From positions 44,314 to 108,313 of the forward strand of contig JAZKFH010000027.1 in NCBI GenBank assembly GCA_040386535.1: a stretch of 64,000 bases of DNA, given 5' to 3'. Source of the stretch: Myxococcota bacterium. GTDB lineage: Bacteria; Myxococcota_A; UBA796; SXON01. Under the pieces are notes generated by a model. That model searched no databases and was not told the DNA's origin. It was given only the letters and a program-made list of their open reading frames with translations. A program made the translations under genes and the position numbers. Shown here piece after piece: positions 22,255 through 30,015 of the stretch (its first letter is position 1; each line of letters starts with the position of its first letter).

Positions 22255-23757
22255 TTGTTCTTTCTGACCATCCAGCTCGCTAGCGCCTTCAGCATCCAGG
22301 TGCTGGGCGAGGCCGGTTGTCACGAGTCGATCACCTTCGACGCCCTCCGACTCCTTCGGGAAGACCACCCCGAGGCCGCCGCCGTCGCGCCCACCGGAGA
22401 CGACGAGGCGATCATCCGCGACGCCCCGTTCGAGGTCCCCGACGACATGCGGGACATCGGCGCGATCAGCTTCGTGCTGGGGGTGCGGGAGCCCGACCTG
22501 CGCGGCGTCAGCCCTTTCGACCTGTCCCGGATGGCCGCCATCCACGGGGTCGACGAGCGGATGCCCGAGCACTGCATTCGTCAATCGGTCGACGACGAGT
22601 CGGACGGCACCGAGGCGGCGCTCGCGAACTGCCGGGTGTTCATCCTCGAGCGCGTGACGAAGGCGCTCGAGGGCCTCGAGGGTGACGGAGCGCCGGATCA
22701 CGCGCATCGGGAGTCGGGGTCGATCTACCTCGACTACCAGGGACTCACCGACATCTCCCTGCCTCACTTCTGGTTCAATCTCGGCCAGGCTGCCCACGCG
22801 CTCGAGGACAGCCAGACGCACACCTACCGGGCACCGACGGGCGAGGTCACCGCGTCGCTCAACTTCGTGGACCTCGTGGAGAAGGACTACGCGGAGGAGA
22901 AGGACGGCCCGAGCCACCTGTCCGAGATGGACAACTGCGAGGGGGACACCTACCGGGAAGCGCGCGCGGACGCCGCCCGGGACTCCGTCGTCGCGCTCGC
23001 CGCGGCGGTGATCGGCCCTGGCGCCGACACGGCGGGAAAGCTCGACGCTGCTGGGCTCGTCATCGACGAGGCCCTGGCGTTCTTGCCGGGCTGTGACGCA
23101 AGCAACGAGTGGTGCGACGCGCGGGAGCGGACGTACGCGCCCAAGGGGTGCGCAACGGCCCCGGGAGGCGCTTCCGCAGCCGTCGTGCTCGCCGCGCTCC
23201 TCGCCCTCGGCTTGCGACGCAACTCGGCGCTCGTGGGGCTCGGGCTGTTCCTCGCCGGGAGCGCCCAGGCCAAGCCCAACGTGGAGCTCGGCGAGTCTTC
23301 GCCGTTCGGCATCGAGGTCTCCGGGGCCGTCTCCGTCGATCGTCCCGCCCTCGCGGTCGCGGTGGGGCCCCGGTTCCGCTTGAACGACGCCTGGATGGTG
23401 GGTGGCGACGTCGCGTGGAACCCCTGGTTCTCCTTCACCACGGTCTCGGCGCGTCCCGGCGTGTTGAACGTCTACGGCACGGTCAAGCGTGTGTTCCCCA
23501 TGAAGAGCGACCGCGTGTTCGTGACCGTCGGGGCGAACGCCGGGGTCTCGGTCCTGCTGTTCGAGCTACCCGGAGCAGCGGCGGGGAGCGTCGGGCCCTA
23601 CGTCGGGATCAGCCTGCTCGGCATCGAGTGGCGGGCCACCAAGCTCGGCTACCTCGTCTTCGAGCCGAACCTGTCGATCCCCATCCCCAGCGTGAAGGGC
23701 ACCCCCGTCGCGTACTACCAGTACGGGGCCAGGGTCGGGTTGCGCTGGGGGTCCTAA
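22255..23757 (+). CDS. Secreted protein with a Zn-motif N-domain, internal MYXO-CTERM-like segment and beta-barrel-like C-domain
   Basis: CHESIT, GQAAHALEDSQTH; KGCATAPGG...LLALGLRR; C-terminal YGARVGLRW. Confidence 0.7.
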   Translation: MFFLTIQLASAFSIQVLGEAGCHESITFDALRLLREDHPEAAAVAPTGDDEAIIRDAPFEVPDDMRDIGAISFVLGVREPDLRGVSPFDLSRMAAIHGVDERMPEHCIRQSVDDESDGTEAALANCRVFILERVTKALEGLEGDGAPDHAHRESGSIYLDYQGLTDISLPHFWFNLGQAAHALEDSQTHTYRAPTGEVTASLNFVDLVEKDYAEEKDGPSHLSEMDNCEGDTYREARADAARDSVVALAAAVIGPGADTAGKLDAAGLVIDEALAFLPGCDASNEWCDARERTYAPKGCATAPGGASAAVVLAALLALGLRRNSALVGLGLFLAGSAQAKPNVELGESSPFGIEVSGAVSVDRPALAVAVGPRFRLNDAWMVGGDVAWNPWFSFTTVSARPGVLNVYGTVKRVFPMKSDRVFVTVGANAGVSVLLFELPGAAAGSVGPYVGISLLGIEWRATKLGYLVFEPNLSIPIPSVKGTPVAYYQYGARVGLRWGS

Positions 23758-23784
23758 GAGCCTGCCCCGGGCTATGAGGGGCCG

Positions 23785-24237
23785 ATGACACTCCACGTTT
23801 GGGCCCCCTGGGCCTTGAGCGTAGCGCTGGCGCTCTCCGTGGGCGCCGCGTTCGCGAAGCCCGACGGCACCAGCACGATGCCGACGAAGCGCCCGCCCGA
23901 CCACGAGGTCGGCAAGCGCTTGTGGACCCAGTCGTGCTGGCAATGCCACGGAGAGGACGGGAAGGGGGGCGGCCCCGCCGCCGCCGCGCTCGTCGGTGGG
24001 GTGGCTTCGCTCGAGGGCAAGGTGCGGGGCAACGACCTCGATCGGCTCGTGAAGGTGGTCCAGAACGGGCGCGGCGCGATGCCGGCCTACAGCGAGGACA
24101 TCGACGAGCACGACACCCGACGCATCCTCCAGTACCTGAAGGACAAGCTCGAGGGGCGCACGCCGCCGCCGGAGAAGGACAAGGACAAGGACAAGGACGA
24201 GGAGAAGGCCGAGCCGGAGGCCGGCGAGCCCCAATAG
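23785..24237 (+). CDS. Cytochrome c family protein
   Basis: Signal peptide, CWQCH, GAMPAY. Confidence 0.88.
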   Translation: MTLHVWAPWALSVALALSVGAAFAKPDGTSTMPTKRPPDHEVGKRLWTQSCWQCHGEDGKGGGPAAAALVGGVASLEGKVRGNDLDRLVKVVQNGRGAMPAYSEDIDEHDTRRILQYLKDKLEGRTPPPEKDKDKDKDEEKAEPEAGEPQ

Positions 24238-24278
24238 GGCGGGCGTACAGGAACGCGGGATGGGTGATACGTCATCGC

Positions 24279-24587
24279 ATGCTGACCTGGATGCTCCTCT
24301 CCGTCGCGCTGGCCGCGGATCCCGAAGCGGGCAAGGTGCTCTACGCCGCGAGCTGCACCGCGTGCCACGGCGCCACCGGCAACGGCAAGGGTCCGGCCGC
24401 CATCGCCCTGAAGCCCAAGCCCACGGACCTGACGGCCGCGCCGTGGTGGGTCGGCAAGACCGACGAGCAGATCACCGTGGCCATCCGCGCGGGTCGCCCC
24501 GGCACGTCGATGGCGCCGTTCACGGAGCTCTCGGACGCCGAGGTCGTGGACCTCGTGGCCTACCTGCGGACGTTCGCCGTCAAATGA
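24279..24587 (+). CDS. Cytochrome c family protein
   Basis: Signal peptide, CTACH, GTSMAPF. Confidence 0.88.
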   Translation: MLTWMLLSVALAADPEAGKVLYAASCTACHGATGNGKGPAAIALKPKPTDLTAAPWWVGKTDEQITVAIRAGRPGTSMAPFTELSDAEVVDLVAYLRTFAVK

Positions 24588-25393
24588 CCTGGTTCCAGGC
24601 GCTCGTGCTCGGCCTCGTCGAGGGGCTCACCGAATACCTGCCCGTCAGCTCCACCGGGCACCTGCTGCTCGCCGAGCGCGCGCTCGGGATCCCCCGCAGC
24701 CCCGCGGCGGACGCGTACGCGATCTGCATCCAGGCGGGCGCGATCCTGGCGGTGCTCGGCCTCTACCGCACCCGCGTGGCGCAGATGGTCCGCGGCGTCG
24801 CCGGTCAGGATCCGGCCGGGCGCCGCCTCGCCATCCAGCTCGTGGTCGCCTTCCTGCCGGCGGCGGTGCTGGGTTTTCTGTTCAACGACCACATCGACGA
24901 CCTGCTCTTCGGCCTCTGGCCCGTCGTCATTGCGTGGACGGTCGGCGGCGGCGCCATCTTCCTCCTCCGCGGCCGCACGGGGGGGCGCGCACTCGAAGCG
25001 CTCGACCTGCGCACGGCGTTCCTCATCGGGTGTTGCCAGTGCCTCGCGTTGTGGCCGGGCACCAGCCGTAGCCTCGCGACGATCCTCGGGGGCGTTCTCC
25101 TCGGCGTGTCGCTGCCGGCGGCGGTCGAGTTCTCCTTCCTGCTCGGGCTGCTCACGCTCGGCGCCGCCACGTCGTACTCGGCGCTCAAGCACGGCGACGA
25201 GATGCTCGCCGCCTTCGGCGTCGCTCCGCTCGTGATCGGGTTCCTCGCGTCCGCGGTCGCCGCGGCCGTGTCGGTCAAGTGGCTCGTCGCGTGGCTGCAG
25301 TCCCACGGCCTCGAGGTCTTCGCGGTGTGGCGCATCGGCCTCGCCGCGGTGGTCGCCGTGCTGTTGACGGCGGGGCTGCTCCCGTCGGGCTGA
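24584..25393 (+). CDS. uppP: Undecaprenyl-diphosphate phosphatase
   Basis: GLVEGLTEYLPVSSTGHL, IQAGAILA, PGTSRS, EFSFLL. Confidence 0.94.
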   Translation: MTWFQALVLGLVEGLTEYLPVSSTGHLLLAERALGIPRSPAADAYAICIQAGAILAVLGLYRTRVAQMVRGVAGQDPAGRRLAIQLVVAFLPAAVLGFLFNDHIDDLLFGLWPVVIAWTVGGGAIFLLRGRTGGRALEALDLRTAFLIGCCQCLALWPGTSRSLATILGGVLLGVSLPAAVEFSFLLGLLTLGAATSYSALKHGDEMLAAFGVAPLVIGFLASAVAAAVSVKWLVAWLQSHGLEVFAVWRIGLAAVVAVLLTAGLLPSG

Positions 25394-25443
25394 ATTGCCG
25401 GCTGGCGCGCACGGCGGTGCTACGATAAGGGGTCTCGCCCCGT

Positions 25444-25516
25444 AGGGGTGTAGCTCAGTTGGTAGAGCAGCCGATTCCAAATCGGCAGGTCCTGGGTTCA
25501 AGTCCCTGCGCCCCTG
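25444..25516 (+). tRNA. tRNA-Trp(CCA)
   Basis: AGGGGTG/CGCCCCT acceptor stem, GCCGA-tt-CCA-aa-TCGGC anticodon arm; CCA tail not encoded; TGCTACGAT extended -10 upstream. Confidence 0.94.
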
Positions 25517-25522
25517 CACTCT

Positions 25523-25566
25523 TCGACGCCCGCTCGCGCAAGTCGCAAGCGGGCGTTCGATTTTTT
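25523..25566 (+). terminator. Intrinsic terminator after tRNA-Trp
   Basis: ACGCCCGCT...AGCGGGCGT stem followed by a T run. Confidence 0.75.
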
Positions 25567-25640
25567 ACCCCTGGTCGTTCTGCCCCGTCCCGCGGAGGGG
25601 CGCTTGCGGCGCACCCCCCGTGCATGCGATAGCCGCGGAC

Positions 25641-26384
25641 ATGGATCGAGTCCGCACCGTCGCCACCTTCATCGCGGGCGTCCTCGTCGGAGGCAGCGCG
25701 GTGTACTTCTCGCCGCCCGCCGGCGGTGCCGCCAACGGCAGTCCCTCCGCGATGAGCGGCGGCCCCTTGATGCCGCCCCTGCCGGACGGGCAGATGCCCG
25801 CGCAGGGCGCTGGCGGTCAGCCGGGGATGGGGCAGCCCGGGATGGGCCAGGCGGGGATGGTGCCGGGGGGCATGGGCACGAATGGGGCGCTCCCGGCCGA
25901 CGGCGCCCTGGCGGGCAGCCCCGTTCCTGGCACGGTTCCCGGTCAGGCCGGGGCGGCCGTTTCGAACCTCCCGCCGTCGAACCTCCCCCCCGCCGACGGC
26001 GCGGCAGGCCCCCCGCCCGACGACGTGCCGGCCGCGCCCGCAGGGGCCGTCCAGACCTCGGGCAGCCGCCTCGAGAAGCACCTTCGCGTCGCGTCTGTGG
26101 TCTGGTCGGCCCAGGCGGACCTGGCGAAGGCGTCGAGCAAGGAGGCCGTGCGCGCGCTCGCGACCGACATCGGCGCTCACGCGCAGGGCGTGCCCGAGAT
26201 CGTCGAGCACATGCCGCCGATGCAGGAGGTGGCCGGGTACCTCGCGAGCAGCCGCGTGCTCCTCGACCGCATGCAGGCCGCCGGCATGGACGTGGCCGAG
26301 CTCTCGCTCCAGATCGACATGATGATGCGCCCGCCGCGCGGCAAGATCCCCGGCGGACCCAAGGCCGGCGGGGCGCCTCAGTAG
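25641..26384 (+). CDS. Hypothetical membrane-anchored Pro/Gly-rich protein
   Basis: N-terminal TM, GQPGM repeats, helical C-terminal domain. Confidence 0.65.
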   Translation: MDRVRTVATFIAGVLVGGSAVYFSPPAGGAANGSPSAMSGGPLMPPLPDGQMPAQGAGGQPGMGQPGMGQAGMVPGGMGTNGALPADGALAGSPVPGTVPGQAGAAVSNLPPSNLPPADGAAGPPPDDVPAAPAGAVQTSGSRLEKHLRVASVVWSAQADLAKASSKEAVRALATDIGAHAQGVPEIVEHMPPMQEVAGYLASSRVLLDRMQAAGMDVAELSLQIDMMMRPPRGKIPGGPKAGGAPQ

Positions 26385-26404
26385 CCGTGGTGGACGCGTC
26401 CCCA

Positions 26405-27787
26405 ATGGCGGCCGCCCAACTCCCCGAGGCGTCCGCGGGGGCGGCCGCGTGGCTTCGCCGTGTGCTCGTCGTCGGCCTCGCCGCGGGCCCCGCCGCCTGG
26501 CTGATCCTGCCGGGGATCCTCTCTACGAGCACGATCCCTGGCGCGCCCACGGCGGGCATCTACCCGCTGCTCCACCGATGGTGGGCGGTCGGCGGCGGCG
26601 CCCCGCCGCGTTTTCCGGAGCCCGGCGTATCCCCGACGACCGACGCGTTGGCGTGGCTCCTCCACCCCCTTGTGGCCCTGGTGGGCGCGGCCATCGTCGT
26701 CAAGGCGGTCATGCTCGTGGGTGCGGCCCTCACCGTGGCGCTCGGGTGGCGCTACGCGCGGCGAGTCACGGGCAGCGACTGGGCGGCCTCCGCCGCGACC
26801 GCGGTGTTGTCGGCCTCGCCGGCGGTGGTGGCCGGGATCACGGGGGGCGACCTCGACGCGTCGCACGCCTGGGCGCTGGTGGTGCTGCCCCTGCTGGCCG
26901 GCCCCGCGGCCATCGGCGCCGGGCTCGCGGTGGGGCTCGCCGCCCCCACGATGGTGCCGGTGGCGCTGCTTCCGGTGGTGCTGGCCCTGGCGGTGGGGCA
27001 GTCTCCGGCCGCGCGGTCGGCGGCCCGATGGCCGCTCGCGGGGTGGGGGGTGGCCGTCGTCACGGCGATCGTGACCGGGTGGCCCGAGCGTGTCGCCACG
27101 GCGGGCACTGGCGCGTGGTTCGTGGCGCTCACGCCCGCGCTCGAGCCCGAACGGGTGGCCGAGGTGTACGTCGGGTACGGCGTCGCCGCGCTGCTCGTCG
27201 TCTCGTTGGTGCTCGGGCGGGGCTTGGGCCGCGTCTGGGGCGGCGTCGGCCTCGTCGCGCTGGCGCTGGCGCTGGTCCCCGGCCCCGCCCCCGAACGTTT
27301 CCTGCACCTCGTCCCGTTCGCGGCGGCGCTCGGCGGGCTCTCGGTCGTGCACGCCCGCGTTCCAACGTGGGCGCCCGCCGCGGCGGTGTGGACCGCGACG
27401 CTCCTGCTCGGCGAGGGGTGGAAGGGCGTCGCCGCCGCGGTGCCGCTCGTCACCGCGCCGTTGGCCGATCCCGCCCCCATCGCAGAGCTCGCCGCCGGGC
27501 CCGTCCTCGACCTGCCCGCCACCCACAAGGCGGTCCGCCGCGCCCTCTGGTACCAGACGCGCCACGGCCAACCCATCGCCGCGGACGTGCACGGCCACGC
27601 GACCGCCGAGGTCGCCGCGCTCTCCGCGACGTTGACCAGCGGCGGGTGCGGCGATGTGGCCGCCGCCGGGTTCCACTCGGTCGTGGCCCGCCGCGAAGGC
27701 GCCCTGCGCGAGATGGCGCCCCTGCGCGCGTGCCTGGGCGAGCCGGCGTGGGACGACGGGGTGGTGGCGGTGTGGCGGGTCGAGTAG
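26405..27787 (+). CDS. Multi-pass membrane protein (GT-C-like)
   Basis: Many TM segments; GPVLDLP...LWYQTRHGQPI motif. Confidence 0.65.
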   Translation: MAAAQLPEASAGAAAWLRRVLVVGLAAGPAAWLILPGILSTSTIPGAPTAGIYPLLHRWWAVGGGAPPRFPEPGVSPTTDALAWLLHPLVALVGAAIVVKAVMLVGAALTVALGWRYARRVTGSDWAASAATAVLSASPAVVAGITGGDLDASHAWALVVLPLLAGPAAIGAGLAVGLAAPTMVPVALLPVVLALAVGQSPAARSAARWPLAGWGVAVVTAIVTGWPERVATAGTGAWFVALTPALEPERVAEVYVGYGVAALLVVSLVLGRGLGRVWGGVGLVALALALVPGPAPERFLHLVPFAAALGGLSVVHARVPTWAPAAAVWTATLLLGEGWKGVAAAVPLVTAPLADPAPIAELAAGPVLDLPATHKAVRRALWYQTRHGQPIAADVHGHATAEVAALSATLTSGGCGDVAAAGFHSVVARREGALREMAPLRACLGEPAWDDGVVAVWRVE

Positions 27788-28014
27788 GGAACCAGGGCGG
27801 ACGGACCGCGCGGACGCGGCCGCCGCGGCGACGGTGAGGGCGGGGCGCGCCCAACTGGTCGCCGCGGACGATGGGGGATGGTGTCTCCATGCCTGTGCAC
27901 TTCCCTCCGACGCCCGTGCGGCCGAGCGGCCCGTCAGGAGCCTCGAGACCACCGCCGAACCGCGGCGGCCGCGCGGGAGACCCATCCGCCGGGTCATCTC
28001 CCATGGCGGAAGGA

Positions 28015-28076
28015 GGGGTCAGGCCCTGCGGGATGTCAGATCTCTGATCTGACGACATCCCGCAGGGCCGGACCCC
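28015..28076. repeat. 62-bp imperfect palindrome
   Basis: GGGGTCaGGCCCTGCGGGATGTC-agatctctgatctgac-GACATCCCGCAGGGCCgGACCCC. Confidence 0.8.
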
Positions 28077-28089
28077 AATCCTTGCACAT

Positions 28090-28267
28090 CATCCGGCCAG
28101 TTCGGCGCGTCCAACGCGCCGAACTGGGTGGATGGCGTCTCATCCGGCGAGTTCGGCGCGTCCAGCGCGCCGAACTGGGGGGATGGCGTCTCATCCGGCG
28201 AGTTCGGCGCGTCCAGCGCGCCGAACTGGGGGGATGGCGTCTCATCCGGCGAGTTCGGCGCGTCCAG
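28090..28267. repeat. 51-bp palindromic tandem repeat, 3.5 copies (REP/BIME-like)
   Basis: Units start at 28090, 28141, 28192 and 28243 (partial); each CATCC..AGTTCGGCGCg-tcca-GCGCCGAACT..GGATG; no variable spacers. Confidence 0.9.
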
Positions 28268-28299
28268 AAGCTGGACCTGCCCGCCCCCCCCGCCCCCCC

Positions 28300-30015
28300 T
28301 CACTCCGCGTGCGGGATCCGCTCCCCGAGCGAGGGATCCGCGAGACCCGACGCGAGGGCCGCCGCGAGCCCGGTGGGGAGCTCGCCGAGGTCGAGGCCTT
28401 CGGCCTGGAGCCGCGCCACGGTCGCCTGCTCGTCGGTGAGCCACGCCGCGATGGCGCGCCCGGAGTGGTCGCGGAGATCGCCGCCGGGGGCCGCCGCGGC
28501 GCGCGCCGCACACAGGTCGGCGCGGGCGGGGTAGCGCTCGGCCAGCCGCCCCCACGCCACCGGGGCGCCGCGCAGGTAGAGCTGGAGCGCGCGGATGGTG
28601 CCGGGGCGCGCGAGGGTGGAGGCCGGGCGGTCCATCCCCGCGCCGAGCGCGCGCACCTGGCCGGGCACGCGGTCGCTCGGGCGGATGAAGCCGGCGCCGT
28701 CGGGCGTGGTCTGCCCCTCGGGGAGCGGCGCGGCGACGGGCCCTTCGCCGGGGACCGCGCCGACCAACAGGATCCCGGTGGCGACGCCGGCCAGGGCGAG
28801 CCCGGCCTGGCGCGCCTCGCCGTCGGCTTCGACGGCGCCCGCGGGCACGGCGGCGGCGTCGCGGAGGAGAATCGCGGCGGCGGCCATCCAGGCGACGAGC
28901 CCGAAGAGCACCATGCGCGGCTCGGGCCCGAGCGCGGCGGGCGCGACGGAGAGGGCGTAGAAGGCCCCCGCGAGCGCCACGAAGGCCACCGGGCGGCCCA
29001 GGAGCAGCAGGAAGACGGGGTAGGCGAGCGGCGCGTAGAGGACGTGGAACCCGGCGGCGTCGGCGCCGAGCCACGCGCAGAGCAGCGCCATCCCAGCGAG
29101 CGCGGTGCGCGGCGAGGGCCGTGCGGCCGGCACGATCGCGACGGCGGCGAGCGTGATCCACTGGAGCGGCGTGTGCCGCACGAAGCCGAGGAGCCGCATC
29201 CAGTCCGGCGCCGGATCGCGCCCCACGAGCCAGTCGGGATCGATGGTGGCCTGGAAGCGGAGCGTCTCGCGGATGGCCTCGATCACGCGGGGGAGGGGCG
29301 TGATGGGAAGCACCAACAAGAGCGCCCCGAGGCCGATCACCGCCGCGCCGAGCACCGGCCGCCACCGCCGCGTCGCGACGATCGGGAGGAGCAGCGCCGC
29401 CGGGACGAGCTTCAGCGCGCCGCCGAGGCCAAGCGCGGCGCCCACGACGAGGTCGACCGCCCAGGCACGGCGCCCACCACGGAGGGCCGAGCGCCCCTCG
29501 ATCGCGACGCCCGCCATCGCAACGGCGCACAACGCCCCGAGCACGAGGTTGACCTGCCCGAGCCGCACACACTCGGCGGTCACCGGGTGCCACGCGAGCA
29601 CCGCGGTGACGACGCCGCCGGCGAGCACGCGACGCCAACGATCCCCAGCGACCAAGGCCCCCGCCGCGAGCCCGAACGTCGCGACCGCGGCGAGCAGGAT
29701 CCACCGCCAGAGGGTGGTGAAGTCGGCCCAGGCGAGCGACGCGGGCGCGCGCATGAGGACCCCCGCCGTGGCCGGGTAGAGCGTGGAGAACGTGGCCGCG
29801 CCGACCGAGAGCCCGCGGGCGTCGTACACCTTCGCGAGCGAGGCCTCCCGCGTGGGATCGAGGCCGGCCGCTACGGCCCCGCCGGACAGGTAGAGCGGGA
29901 GCGCGTCGGAGGCCCGGGTCTCGGAGTGGCCCACGATCTCGGCCTCCGCGACGCGGGCGAGGCCGGCGAGCGCCACGAGCACGGCGAGGATTGCGGCGGC
30001 GGGGCGGAGCGGCAT
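28300..30015 (-). CDS. GT87/DUF2029-like membrane glycosyltransferase
   Basis: D...LY, LYP, RLGQVN, GALKLVP motifs; multi-TM. Confidence 0.75.
   Translation of the reverse strand: MPLRPAAAILAVLVALAGLARVAEAEIVGHSETRASDALPLYLSGGAVAAGLDPTREASLAKVYDARGLSVGAATFSTLYPATAGVLMRAPASLAWADFTTLWRWILLAAVATFGLAAGALVAGDRWRRVLAGGVVTAVLAWHPVTAECVRLGQVNLVLGALCAVAMAGVAIEGRSALRGGRRAWAVDLVVGAALGLGGALKLVPAALLLPIVATRRWRPVLGAAVIGLGALLLVLPITPLPRVIEAIRETLRFQATIDPDWLVGRDPAPDWMRLLGFVRHTPLQWITLAAVAIVPAARPSPRTALAGMALLCAWLGADAAGFHVLYAPLAYPVFLLLLGRPVAFVALAGAFYALSVAPAALGPEPRMVLFGLVAWMAAAAILLRDAAAVPAGAVEADGEARQAGLALAGVATGILLVGAVPGEGPVAAPLPEGQTTPDGAGFIRPSDRVPGQVRALGAGMDRPASTLARPGTIRALQLYLRGAPVAWGRLAERYPARADLCAARAAAAPGGDLRDHSGRAIAAWLTDEQATVARLQAEGLDLGELPTGLAAALASGLADPSLGERIPHAE

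Noticed and set aside
28090..28267. CRISPR array
   Set aside because: Units are contiguous and nearly identical with no unique spacers, and no cas genes are present in the window
25444..28300. Second island integrated at tRNA-Trp
   Set aside because: No integrase, no duplicated tRNA 3' end, and host-like composition
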